Positions 1 to 7,931 of a stretch of 10,424 bases of DNA are shown one piece after another. Below the pieces are notes generated by a model. It made no database searches, had not been told where the DNA came from, and worked only from the letters and a program-made list of their open reading frames with translations. Position numbers and translations under genes: made by a program. This DNA comes from a virus. Taxonomy: Duplodnaviria; Heunggongvirae; Uroviricota; Caudoviricetes. Position 1 is the stretch's first letter; every line of letters begins with the position of its first letter. The DNA is taken from IMG/VR virus record IMGVR_UViG_3300023290_000040; one strand, written 5' to 3'.

Positions 1-2542
1 CACGCATCTGTGTCTGAATTTCATCACGGGCACCCTTGCGGGCCATGTCATACACCGCCTTCAGAGCAGCCGGACCTATCTGCCCGTTCGTGCCGTCGTT
101 GTTAATCACCACATGGTTATTCTGCTCAAACGTCCCGGACGCCTGCGACCGGCTGTCAGCCAGACTGCCCGGTGTACCGACATAACCACCGGTGGCATAG
201 CCGCGCATCAGCCGATAGAGATTCCCCACGCCAATCCGGCTGGTTGCCTCCTTTGTGAAGACAAATTCACCACGGTGAACAATCCCCGCTGGCTCATATT
301 TGCCGCCGGTTCCCGTAAATCCTCCGGTTGCAAAATGGAATTTCGCCGCAGCGGCCTGAATGGCTGTACCGCCTGACGCGGATGCGCCGCCACCAACAGC
401 CCCGCCAATGGCGCTGCCGATACTCCCGACAATCCCCACCATTGCCTGCTTAAGCAGAATTTCTGTCATCATGGACAGCACGGAACGGGTGAATCCCCGC
501 CAGTTCTGTTCGCTGCCGGTCAGCATCGCCGCCATATTCTGTGCAATACCGTCAAAGGTCTGCGTGGCCACACTTTTAACCTGCGAAAAACTGTCCGTCG
601 CACTTTCCGCCCACTCTCCCCAGCCGGACTTCATCCCGGCCATCCAGCTTCCACGAAGCTGCTCCTCCGCAGACCAGGTGTTCTTCAGTGCCGATGTGGC
701 CTTCGCCAGCGCAGCCGGATTATCACCGTACACCTCACGAAGGCGCTGCTCTTCCGACTCCCGCTGCGCCTGACGGTCGGTGAGGCCGCGGGCTTTTGCG
801 CTGATTGCCGCCTGCTTCGCGCTTTGCTGCTGTTCAAACCGCGCCGCCTGCTGTGCCAGCTCATTCAGCCGCTTCTGGTGTTCAATCTTGTCTCCCAGCT
901 CAGCCAGCTGGCGTTTGTACTCCAGCGTCTCTTTCTCATGAGCCAGCAGGGATTTTTCCTGCTCAGATAACTGCCGTTTCGTGGCGGCCTCTTTCAGGAC
1001 CACATACTGACTTTCCGCTTCCCATAAATCCCGGCGCTGCTGGCTGATTTTCTCATTCACACCGCTGTGTTTTTCCAGCGTCCTGAGCTCGGTTTCAAGC
1101 GCCAGCAGGGCTGCATGCGCCCGGTCTTCCTGGCGCTCACCGGCAGACACCTTCACACCTGACGGCTTTTTCAGCGTCGATTCATAATCCTTTTTTGCCG
1201 ACGCCATCAGCGTGTTGTAATCCGCCTGCAGGATTTTTCCGTCTTTCAGGGCCTTATTCAGCTCTTTCTGACGGGCGGTATATTTATCCAGCGGCGTCTG
1301 CAGGCGCTCATACGCCTTCTGCGCCTCTCCGGTATACTTCAGCTGTGACGACTCACGCTCAGCCCTGTCCCTTGCCGCCAGTTCACCGGCTTTTTCCATA
1401 TCCGACTGCAGCGTGGCCGCTGCCAGACCCAGACGGGCATTTTCCCGGTCATCCCATGCCCCCTGAAGGTTCGCACGAAAAGAGGAGGTCTTTCCCCGGC
1501 GCTGGCTCCGGCTCTGGTACCACTGCCATTTTTTATCCGCCTCATCAAATGCCTTCTGCGCACTGGCGAGCATATCCGCTGAGGATTCCGGACGACCGAT
1601 ATCCAGAATGGCATCCCACATCGATTTGAATGCCTTCCCTGTTTTATCCGCCCAGGTCTCCAGTGTTCCCATGTTTTCTTTCAGGCGACGGGTCTGCTCA
1701 TCAAAGCCTTTCGTGGCGATATCGTTCGCCGCCTGCAATGCCCCGGCCTCGTCTCCGGAACGCTGCAGCTGTGCAACATACGCAATCTGCTCTGCCGTCA
1801 CGTTACGGAACTGGCGCGCCATCGCCATCAGTCCCGACGTCGGGTCAGTGGTCAGCTTCCCGAAGGCTTCAGCGACTTTATCCACCTCCACACCGGATGC
1901 AGACGCAAAACGCGCGACACTCTGGTTGATGGCATCAAACTGTTCACCACCACGCACACCGGCATTCACCAGGGCTGCCAGTGACTCTCTCGCCTGGTTA
2001 AACGTCAGCCCTGCTGCCTGCCCGGCTCTTGAGAGCGTCAGCATACGATCGGCAGTCAGTCCGGCCTGATTGCCGGAAAGGACCAGCGTTTTATTAAATT
2101 CTGAAAGCGTGGCGTCGCCCTGGTACCAGGCGTACGCCAGCGCACCTGTCGCCACCGCCAGCGAGGTGACCCCGACCATCGGCAGGGTGATCGCACCGGC
2201 AAGCCCCCTGAACATGGGGATCATCCCGCCGAAGGAGTCCTTAACCTGACCACCCTGTTGCAGCAGGATCAGCCACGGACTTTGCCCGCCTGCAAGCTGC
2301 GTGGCCACGTCGGTGAACTGTGCAGGCAGCATACGCATGGCGGCTTTATACTGCCCGACGGAAATCCCCGCTTTCTGTGCAGCCAGCGCCTGTCGGCTCA
2401 GCGACTGTTCAACGACTGCCGCTGTTTTTTTCGCATCAGTTTCCGTACCGGAAAAATGACGCCTGACTCTGGCCATCTGCTCGTCAAATCTGGCCGCATC
2501 CAGACTTAAATCAACGACCAGATCGCCTACCGGTTCAGCCAT
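1..2542 (-). CDS. H: Tail tape measure protein (lambda gpH homologue), 3' end truncated by window edge
   Basis: ATG at 2542-2540 translates as MAEPVGDLVVDLSLDAARFDEQMARV, matching the lambda gpH N-terminus as recalled. The same frame at the window start translates as KAVYDMARKGARDEIQTQMR, matching the gpH C-terminal region. No ORF-track entry of 60 aa or more occupies this frame, consistent with one open frame running off the window. Start overlaps the T stop (ATGGCTGA). Confidence 0.92.
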   Translation of the reverse strand, partial: MAEPVGDLVVDLSLDAARFDEQMARVRRHFSGTETDAKKTAAVVEQSLSRQALAAQKAGISVGQYKAAMRMLPAQFTDVATQLAGGQSPWLILLQQGGQVKDSFGGMIPMFRGLAGAITLPMVGVTSLAVATGALAYAWYQGDATLSEFNKTLVLSGNQAGLTADRMLTLSRAGQAAGLTFNQARESLAALVNAGVRGGEQFDAINQSVARFASASGVEVDKVAEAFGKLTTDPTSGLMAMARQFRNVTAEQIAYVAQLQRSGDEAGALQAANDIATKGFDEQTRRLKENMGTLETWADKTGKAFKSMWDAILDIGRPESSADMLASAQKAFDEADKKWQWYQSRSQRRGKTSSFRANLQGAWDDRENARLGLAAATLQSDMEKAGELAARDRAERESSQLKYTGEAQKAYERLQTPLDKYTARQKELNKALKDGKILQADYNTLMASAKKDYESTLKKPSGVKVSAGERQEDRAHAALLALETELRTLEKHSGVNEKISQQRRDLWEAESQYVVLKEAATKRQLSEQEKSLLAHEKETLEYKRQLAELGDKIEHQKRLNELAQQAARFEQQQSAKQAAISAKARGLTDRQAQRESEEQRLREVYGDNPAALAKATSALKNTWSAEEQLRGSWMAGMKSGWGEWAESATDSFSQVKSVATQTFDGIAQNMAAMLTGSEQNWRGFTRSVLSMMTEILLKQAMVGIVGSIGSAIGGAVGGGASASGGTAIQAAAAKFHFATGGFTGTGGKYEPAGIVHRGEFVFTKEATSRIGVGNLYRLMRGYATGGYVGTPGSLADSRSQASGTFEQNNHVVINNDGTNGQIGPAALKAVYDMARKGARDEIQTQMR

Positions 2543-3373
2543 ACCGGACTCCTCCTGCGATCCCTTCTGATACTGTCATCAGCATTACGTCATCCTCCGT
2601 CATGTCCGCCACATCCGGGGAAGCGGGGATAACTTCATTCCCGTCCGGGCCAAAACGAACGCCTCCGGCAAGCCCTGCCGCTTTCTGCATCAGCACATCA
2701 TCTTCAGGCTCTTCGTCAGCCTCGCGCCGGTTCAGCAGACTGAAATCCAGCGGATGCATATCCGGATCGCTGAAAAACAGGCTGAGCACGGTGTACGTCA
2801 GCCCGGAAAAGTGCATATCCAGCAGAACATCATGAAAATAATGGGTACTGTAAAAGCGGTGCCAGTCGGCATACTCCGTGGATGACATCCCGGCAAGCAT
2901 GGCACGCCAGTCGGGTCGCCCCATCTCGCGCGCCAGTTTCAGGGCAAAACTCAGCTCACCGTCGAACACTTTCCCGCAGAAACAGGCTCTGCAGGCCCGG
3001 AGTCCTCTGCCTGGTCAGGGGCATCATTCACCACAAACCCATACATACCGGACAGCCGGTACACCACGTTTTCAGCATGAGAAATTGCCTCCGCGGGCCA
3101 GGTGGTAAGCACTTCCTGCTCAATCTGTTTAACGGCTTCATTCATGGAAGGCTGCTTTGTCTTCTGCGGATGGTTATGCCACAGGGACATCGCCACCACA
3201 AAAGCACCGGTTCTGATGGCGTCTTCCACAGTAACCTGCCGGTTGCTGTCTGACTCCGCCTGTTCTGCCTGCTGTTTCATCAGGGCGAGATGCTCAATAC
3301 GCTGCAGGGCTGACAGTTCAGAAAGCGTGACGGTCACACCGTTATGTTCAAATGATTCGGTTTTCAGGAACAT
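2535..3373 (-). CDS. GT: Tail assembly chaperone G-T fusion made by programmed -1 ribosomal frameshift (lambda gpGT homologue)
   Basis: The T frame (2535..2969) is open for 144 codons but has no ATG or RBS of its own; its first codon is the GTG immediately 3' of the slippery site. A -1 slip at G GGA AAG (2975..2969) joins the G frame to the T frame, giving ...SAGK-VFDGELSFALKLAREMG.... T stop TGA at 2537-2535 overlaps the H start. Confidence 0.85.
2951..3373 (-). CDS. G: Tail assembly chaperone G (lambda gpG homologue)
   Basis: 140-aa ORF, same length as lambda gpG, sitting between V and T/H. Its C-terminus (...SAGKCSTVS) contains the slippery heptamer in frame. ATG at 3373-3371 is preceded by a GGAG Shine-Dalgarno. 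Confidence 0.88.
   Translation of the reverse strand: MFLKTESFEHNGVTVTLSELSALQRIEHLALMKQQAEQAESDSNRQVTVEDAIRTGAFVVAMSLWHNHPQKTKQPSMNEAVKQIEQEVLTTWPAEAISHAENVVYRLSGMYGFVVNDAPDQAEDSGPAEPVSAGKCSTVS
2969..2975 (-). promoter_or_regulatory. Slippery heptanucleotide G GGA AAG for -1 frameshifting between G and T
   Basis: Plus strand reads ctttccc at 2969-2975, reverse complement GGGAAAG. In the G frame the codons are GCG GGA AAG (A-G-K), an X XXY YYZ pattern, located 6 codons before the G stop. Same heptamer and position as the lambda G/T frameshift site. Confidence 0.85.
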
Positions 3374-3388
3374 CGCTGACTCTCCGGA

Positions 3389-4129
3389 TTAACTGGCGGT
3401 GACGTTGATTTCTGCAACCGCAGCAAGTTCACCATTACCGGATACGACCGGAATGTTGACCTTGCCTGCAGCAACACCTTTCACGGTGATGGTCATACCA
3501 CTGACCGACACGGTGGCTTTTGTTTTATCCGCTGACACCGCACGGAAGCTCTTGTCAGTTGCGCCCTCCGGCTGGAAGGCCACGGTCAGCGTGGTGCTCT
3601 GCCCTTTCACCACCGAGGAGCTGGCAGGCGTCACGGTCATACCGGTTGCCGCCGTCACCGTACTGCGATCTTCTGCCATTGACGGACGGCCCACATTGGT
3701 GACCTTCACCGTACGGGTGATCACTTCCTTCGCCGTCACCGCCTTACCGATACTGCTGACCCAGCCACGGAACACATCGACCGTGCCGTTCGGGAAGCGG
3801 ATTTTATAGGCACGGGTATCACCTTCATTAAACCACGCCAGCAGCGCCTGCTGCCCCTGCTCTCCGGGCATCCACGCCAGCGTGAAGCTGGTATCTCCGG
3901 CGGATTTCTGCCCCTGCCCGGTCGCGGTCCAGTCCGCATCTTCATCATCGAGATAACTGTCGTCATAGGACTCAGCGGTCAGTTCGCCGGGCGTCAGGTC
4001 TTTAACCTTTGCCAGACGCGACCAGTCATTGTCTGAAAGCGGGTTTGCATAAGGGTCGCCGCTCCCGTTATAAACCCACAGTGTGGTCCCGGCCCCTTTC
4101 ACCGGTGCCAGAGGATTTGGTGTTGGCAT
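3389..4129 (-). CDS. V: Major tail tube protein (lambda gpV homologue) with C-terminal Ig-like domain
   Basis: Translation from the ATG at 4129-4127 gives [20 protein letters not shown]...[10 protein letters not shown], 246 aa, very close to lambda gpV as recalled. GAGGA Shine-Dalgarno lies 5 nt upstream. The C-terminal ~90 aa ([25 protein letters not shown]...) corresponds to the Ig-like domain of gpV. Confidence 0.93.
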   Translation of the reverse strand: MPTPNPLAPVKGAGTTLWVYNGSGDPYANPLSDNDWSRLAKVKDLTPGELTAESYDDSYLDDEDADWTATGQGQKSAGDTSFTLAWMPGEQGQQALLAWFNEGDTRAYKIRFPNGTVDVFRGWVSSIGKAVTAKEVITRTVKVTNVGRPSMAEDRSTVTAATGMTVTPASSSVVKGQSTTLTVAFQPEGATDKSFRAVSADKTKATVSVSGMTITVKGVAAGKVNIPVVSGNGELAAVAEINVTAS

Positions 4130-4136
4130 ATCGTCC

Positions 4137-4532
4137 TCACATTTCATAGGTAATGACATAAGTCAGATCGGCTGAACTCCACAGGCCCGCATCATCGTCG
4201 CGCCGGTAGTCATAGCCACTGGCCACCATACTGGTGATCAAATCTGACAGTGCCGGGATATCGCTCATCACCGGATAAATCCGGGACTCCATCCACGAAT
4301 CCAGCTCTGAATCCGGCACCTGAGCAGGCAGGAAAACTTCAATATGCAGCTCCGCCTGCCAGGTATCGCTGTCCAGCTCTTCGCCCGTGTATTCAGCGCC
4401 GGTGAGATAAACGGCAATTGCCGGAAAATCTTCCTCATCAAAAACAGCGGGGCGACCATCAAAAAGCGTCGCCCCGGTGTCATGCTTCTCCAGTGCATCC
4501 AGTACGGCTGCACGGAGTTCAGTATGTTTCAT
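4137..4532 (-). CDS. U: Tail terminator protein (lambda gpU homologue)
   Basis: 131-aa product [53 protein letters not shown]...YVITYEM is almost identical to lambda gpU as recalled. ATGA overlap with the Z stop. Confidence 0.95.
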   Translation of the reverse strand: MKHTELRAAVLDALEKHDTGATLFDGRPAVFDEEDFPAIAVYLTGAEYTGEELDSDTWQAELHIEVFLPAQVPDSELDSWMESRIYPVMSDIPALSDLITSMVASGYDYRRDDDAGLWSSADLTYVITYEM

Positions 4533-5062
4533 CGCTTTATTACCATTCTCAGTTGATGCTGCAGCGCATAGCCCAGCTCTTTCGGAAGACGCTCACGCCG
4601 TATCCGCTCAATATTCTGTTTAAACGCCGTGGTCAGCGGCACCGCCATCGGGATTTTCACCACATCAATGGGGTAACGGTTTTTCCCGGCCACACGCTGC
4701 ATGACATGCCAGCGACCATTTTTTAATCTCTGAATAAATGCCCGCTGATACCGATGCTGACCGGCTTTAAGTATGCTGTTCGGGCGACGCCCCAGCATCC
4801 TGATCCCCAGCTTAATCACAGGGAGATCACCGCGGTTAACGATAATTCTGGCATTCGGATTTCTGACCGTCGCCCGTTTCAGTCTGGACCGTTCCTTAAC
4901 CAGTTTCCGGCGAACCTTTGTCTCCCGGGCAACCTGTGATGAAGACTGATTAATCGCCGTTGTGGCCACGCGGTTAATGGCCATTGCTGAAGCCGCCGGA
5001 ATGGCGTTTTTACGAACCCGGCTCAGATTGTCAATCGCCTGATCAAGCCCTTTTATCGCCAT
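4529..5062 (-). CDS. Z: Tail completion protein Z (lambda gpZ homologue)
   Basis: N-terminus MAIKGLDQAIDNLSRV and C-terminus ...[22 protein letters not shown] match lambda gpZ as recalled. 177 aa versus 192 in lambda, suggesting a short internal deletion. Position between FII and U is syntenic. Confidence 0.88.
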   Translation of the reverse strand: MAIKGLDQAIDNLSRVRKNAIPAASAMAINRVATTAINQSSSQVARETKVRRKLVKERSRLKRATVRNPNARIIVNRGDLPVIKLGIRMLGRRPNSILKAGQHRYQRAFIQRLKNGRWHVMQRVAGKNRYPIDVVKIPMAVPLTTAFKQNIERIRRERLPKELGYALQHQLRMVIKR

Positions 5063-5077
5063 AATTTCACCCTGCGT

Positions 5078-5431
5078 TTATCGTCGCCGGTTAACTGCGG
5101 GTGGTTGACCACGGTTGAGCCAGAGATAACAGCTGCCCCCGTCATCCGGAGAAACACGATCCACCCAGAATATCTCACCATTAATGGTCAGCGTGTCACC
5201 ACGCCGCACGGCACGAACCGTATCCGTCCGCACAAATAATGACGGGCTGCTTCCTTCAATACGGACCCCGCCACCGGCAAACCCCAGCGACTCCGGATCA
5301 TCAAAAACCCCCTGAACTTCGCTGCCACACTGTGCCCCCGAGGTGAACTGCGCACAGAGCCCCATCACTTCAACGATCGTACTGTCTACCCCGGCGAGGG
5401 CAGCATCAAAGGCATTCTGAAAATCACGCAT
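5078..5431 (-). CDS. FII: Head-tail joining protein FII (lambda gpFII homologue)
   Basis: 117 aa, same length as lambda gpFII. C-terminal half (...GSSPSLFVRTD..RRGDTLTI..FWVDRVSPDDGGSC.LWL.RG.PPAVNRRR) matches lambda FII as recalled. Start overlaps the FI stop (ATGCGTGA). Confidence 0.88.
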   Translation of the reverse strand: MRDFQNAFDAALAGVDSTIVEVMGLCAQFTSGAQCGSEVQGVFDDPESLGFAGGGVRIEGSSPSLFVRTDTVRAVRRGDTLTINGEIFWVDRVSPDDGGSCYLWLNRGQPPAVNRRR

Positions 5432-5807
5432 ATTCAGCCGTTCCGTGCTGTATCATGGCCGTTGCCAGTGATGATGGCACCAGAACACGCATACCCCGTA
5501 ACGCCAGCTCAACGGGACGACCTGTCTCCGGGCAATACCCCATTACTTGCAGGCACTTCCGTACCCGGACGGCTTTAACATCATCCGGAGCATCCGTGTT
5601 GTTCAACTGCTCACCATCGTCTGTGTGATTTTGATCAGCCCCGCTCTCATCAGAGTGCATAATGCCCTCCGGGGAAACAGCAAGCTCCTCTTCCCACTCA
5701 GACACACGTTGAGCAATATCCGCAGCACTCCCCGACATATCCGCCTCGCGCCCCAGCAGGTCAGCCAGTTGACGAAGACGATTCAGATTTTCTTCTTTTG
5801 TTGCCAT
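5424..5807 (-). CDS. FI: DNA packaging/head assembly protein FI (lambda gpFI position homologue)
   Basis: Syntenic ORF between E and FII. Start chosen at the ATG at 5807-5805 (MATKEENLNRLRQLADLL...), which is preceded by AGGAGG, giving 127 aa against about 132 in lambda. The ORF-track GTG start at 5855 would fall inside the terminator-like hairpin. Acidic, low-complexity middle region. Called by position and size rather than confident sequence recall. Confidence 0.7.
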   Translation of the reverse strand: MATKEENLNRLRQLADLLGREADMSGSAADIAQRVSEWEEELAVSPEGIMHSDESGADQNHTDDGEQLNNTDAPDDVKAVRVRKCLQVMGYCPETGRPVELALRGMRVLVPSSLATAMIQHGTAEYA

Positions 5808-5821
5808 CTCAGCCTCCTGTG

Positions 5822-5851
5822 AAAAAAGACACGGGGGCATTTCGCCCCCGC
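5822..5851 (-). terminator. Putative intrinsic (partial) terminator or stabilising hairpin just after the major capsid gene
   Basis: Minus-strand RNA directly after the E stop reads GCGGGGGC-GAAAU-GCCCCCG followed by UGUCUUUUUUCAC: a 6-7 bp G/C stem and a U-tract. The FI Shine-Dalgarno follows immediately. Confidence 0.5.
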
Positions 5852-5858
5852 TCACGGA

Positions 5859-6887
5859 TTATTTCACCTGTACCACCACAAACTCATCCGGATCCGGCAG
5901 CACCATCAGCGGAGCGGACTGCGTCATGGTGAATTCACAGGACGGATCGCCCACGGTCAGCCAGTGTTTCGGGTAACGGGAAGAAGCCACCACTCCTTCA
6001 GACAACGCCTGTGCATCCTTAATGGCACCATAGCAACGAATCCCCTCTGCCGCCGTATTCCCCAACACCAGCATGCCCTCCGGCAGATAACGTTTTTCGG
6101 TACCGTCCTCTGCCACATAAGACGTTTTCGCCACCACAATGGCCAGATCGCCGTAATACCCCTTGAAGGACACCACTGCGCCCAGATCTTTCACTGCCGT
6201 TTCGAGTTGTGAATTTGAGCCGCGACGGGTATCCAGTTTTTCGCGGAACAGCTTAAAGCCATTCAGCAGACGCCAGACCGTACCGTCCATAATGGCGATA
6301 TTCACAAGGCCGCTGGCCTGATCGCAGTAGAGGTCAATATCATGCGTCGGATCAAACGTATCACGGTCCTGCTCAGACCATTTTTTACCGTCAGCCTGCT
6401 CAATGTTATTTCCTTCAGAGCGCCCGAAATCCACCTCGACAGTATCAAACTGATCCCCTTCCATGGTGTATTTGCCATACAGCACGGCATTCACCGCCTG
6501 CATTTCTTCCACCTGGACAATGGCGTGCTCTTCCTGTTTGAGGTTATCGGTAATGATACGCAGACGACGGTAGGCCGGGTCGTTCAGCTGAGCCGGATCT
6601 TCACCAGGAAGGCGCTCAACCGCCTGCTGGTAATTAAATTCGTGTTTCGGCTTGACGTAGCCCGGACGCAACACGCGGGTTTCACCACCACGATGACGCA
6701 GCACTTTTCCTTCAACAACCGGGGAGACATAGGCCGCCACCGGCGTTTTTCCGGTAATTTTGTCCAGCATCACCTCTTCGGTGTGGAAATTCACCGTACG
6801 GCGGAAAAACAGCTCCAGAAACAGCGCACGGAATTTCACTTTTTGTTCGGTATAACCGAGTAACTGGCGGGTCGTAAACAATCCCAT
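5859..6887 (-). CDS. E: Major capsid protein (lambda gpE homologue)
   Basis: 342 aa against 341 in lambda. Long colinear matches to gpE as recalled: ...TPGYVKPKHE...RLP.EDP..L.DPAYRR.RII...QVEEMQAV.AVL.GKYTM.G...LDTRRGSNS.LETAVKDLG...TMVLGNT...TMTQSAPLM.L.DPDEFV.VQ. AAGGA Shine-Dalgarno upstream of the ATG at 6887-6885. Confidence 0.95.
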   Translation of the reverse strand: MGLFTTRQLLGYTEQKVKFRALFLELFFRRTVNFHTEEVMLDKITGKTPVAAYVSPVVEGKVLRHRGGETRVLRPGYVKPKHEFNYQQAVERLPGEDPAQLNDPAYRRLRIITDNLKQEEHAIVQVEEMQAVNAVLYGKYTMEGDQFDTVEVDFGRSEGNNIEQADGKKWSEQDRDTFDPTHDIDLYCDQASGLVNIAIMDGTVWRLLNGFKLFREKLDTRRGSNSQLETAVKDLGAVVSFKGYYGDLAIVVAKTSYVAEDGTEKRYLPEGMLVLGNTAAEGIRCYGAIKDAQALSEGVVASSRYPKHWLTVGDPSCEFTMTQSAPLMVLPDPDEFVVVQVK

Positions 6888-6915
6888 AAATCAGTTCCTT
6901 TCATTCAGAAATCAG

Positions 6916-6937
6916 TCAGGCCACCGCGGTGGCCTGA
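6916..6937 (-). repeat. Perfect 22-nt palindrome (potential RNA hairpin) in the D-E intergenic spacer
   Basis: tcaggccaccgcggtggcctga is its own reverse complement. It lies 8 nt after the D stop and about 28 nt before the E start, with a weak downstream U-rich stretch (CUGAUUUCUG) on the mRNA. Confidence 0.45.
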
Positions 6938-6944
6938 TAACGTG

Positions 6945-7292
6945 TTACGGCAGCGCCGCGTGACTCAGGGCACTGCCAGCAAAGGCGTTGGCCTTTTTGT
7001 GTTCATCCACACTTTCAGGCCAGTGGATTGCCTCCGTCGCAAAGGTTCCCGACTTGTAATACGTCAGCGCCGTCTCTGTGCCTTCAAGCGGCAGTACCAG
7101 TATGCCAACCGCACTACCGGCTTTCTGTCCGTCCCAGACCACCAGTTTCCCGGTGGCTTCATCCAGCATCAGGGGCGTCAGTGCCGGTGTTGGCGAGGAA
7201 ATCCCGCTGCTGCCTGTGGCGGTATGAGCCGGATCATTACCGGCAAAAATACGTACTTCCGCACGCTGTTCAGTGATGGTTTTCGTCACCAT
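6945..7292 (-). CDS. D: Head decoration protein (lambda gpD homologue)
   Basis: 115 aa. Motifs NDPAHTAT, TPLMLD, KLV.WDG, AVGIL, YKSGTF and AFAG match lambda gpD as recalled. AGGAGG Shine-Dalgarno 9-10 nt upstream of the ATG at 7292-7290. Confidence 0.93.
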   Translation of the reverse strand: MVTKTITEQRAEVRIFAGNDPAHTATGSSGISSPTPALTPLMLDEATGKLVVWDGQKAGSAVGILVLPLEGTETALTYYKSGTFATEAIHWPESVDEHKKANAFAGSALSHAALP

Positions 7293-7328
7293 ATTGTAAA
7301 AACCTCCTATTGATGGTCAGCACTGACT

Positions 7329-7931
7329 TCATGGCATGGCCATGAGCATTTTCACGTCCGCATCACCGTCTGCTGACGTCTGTGACACGCCACCCCGCAC
7401 CGCTGCCGGTGAATGATTCGCCATGAAATGTTCAAACAGGGCGGTTGTGGATGCAGAGACCGGTTCGGCCTTACCTGATCCCGCAGCCAGCACAGCCCGG
7501 GCGTTCTCCACGGTCATTCCCGGGCAGGCCGCCAGTTTTTCAGCCTGCGCTTCTGCCCCTTTTGCCTCATCCAGGGCCATGATCTGATCACGAAGCGAGG
7601 GCCCGGCATCCGCCAGTGGTGCAGCCGCCAGGATCGGGCGGGCTTTTTCCACCGTCATCTCCGGCATCGCCGCCAGCGTTGCCGCCAGTTGTTCACGACC
7701 GTTCGCTTCTTCACACGCCATAATGCGATCGGCTTCACTCTGCGCGGATGCCACCGGCTGCTGCGGTGCCGCCGCGGCCAGAATCGCCCGGGCCTGTTCA
7801 ACGCTCATGCCCTGTTGTCCTGCCAGCATCGTGGCAAGCTGTTCACGTCCTTTCGCTTCCTGGCATGTCAGGATCCCCATCACTCGCTGGTTCTCCTGCG
7901 CGGCGGCTTCCGTTGCAGTTAATTGCGGCAT
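7329..7931 (-). CDS. Nu3: Nu3-like scaffolding protein from an in-frame internal start within C
   Basis: Internal ATG at 7931-7929, in the C frame, is preceded by GGAGGCACT (strong Shine-Dalgarno). The product begins MPQLTATEAAAQENQRVMGIL..., colinear with the lambda Nu3 start as recalled, and would be 200 aa. Lambda has the same nested C/Nu3 arrangement. Confidence 0.7.
   Translation of the reverse strand: MPQLTATEAAAQENQRVMGILTCQEAKGREQLATMLAGQQGMSVEQARAILAAAAPQQPVASAQSEADRIMACEEANGREQLAATLAAMPEMTVEKARPILAAAPLADAGPSLRDQIMALDEAKGAEAQAEKLAACPGMTVENARAVLAAGSGKAEPVSASTTALFEHFMANHSPAAVRGGVSQTSADGDADVKMLMAMP

Noticed and set aside
113-2509. Series of plus-strand ORFs (113..376, 360..773, 805..1047, 1195..1629, 1608..2069, 1630..1929, 2258..2509) antisense to the tape measure gene
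   Set aside because: They lie opposite a confidently identified, continuous gpH reading frame. Their translations are Pro/Ala/Arg/Ser-rich low-complexity, typical of antisense frames in GC-rich coding DNA, with no recognisable motifs or RBS context.
2535-2969. T as an independent gene initiating at the GTG at 2969
   Set aside because: No RBS, and the GTG is the last base of the slippery heptamer. The lambda paradigm and the in-frame X XXY YYZ context make frameshift fusion to G the better explanation.
4130-4159. Longer V start at 4159 ([10 protein letters not shown]...) as given in the ORF track
   Set aside because: It would overlap U by 23 nt and add 10 residues absent from lambda gpV. The ATG at 4129 has a GAGGA Shine-Dalgarno at ideal spacing and yields the 246-aa lambda-length protein.
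5808-5855. GTG start at 5855 (or ATG at 5840) for FI giving 143 or 138 aa
   Set aside because: Those starts lie within or immediately adjacent to the terminator-like hairpin and lack a good Shine-Dalgarno. The ATG at 5807 is preceded by AGGAGG. The upstream extension is probably open frame by chance, though I cannot fully exclude the ATG at 5840.
6342-6863. 173-aa plus-strand ORF antisense to major capsid gene E (and the similar 5964..6212 and 5547..5822 ORFs)
   Set aside because: Entirely embedded antisense within a strongly supported capsid gene. No start context and no recognisable protein features, so most likely a frame artefact.
7479-7889. Possibility that the tandem repeats are a CRISPR-like or minisatellite non-coding array
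   Set aside because: The repeats are in frame within an uninterrupted ORF, are diverged and unequal in length (about 141-159 nt), and encode a recognisable scaffold motif. They are a protein-domain repeat, not a spacer-repeat array.
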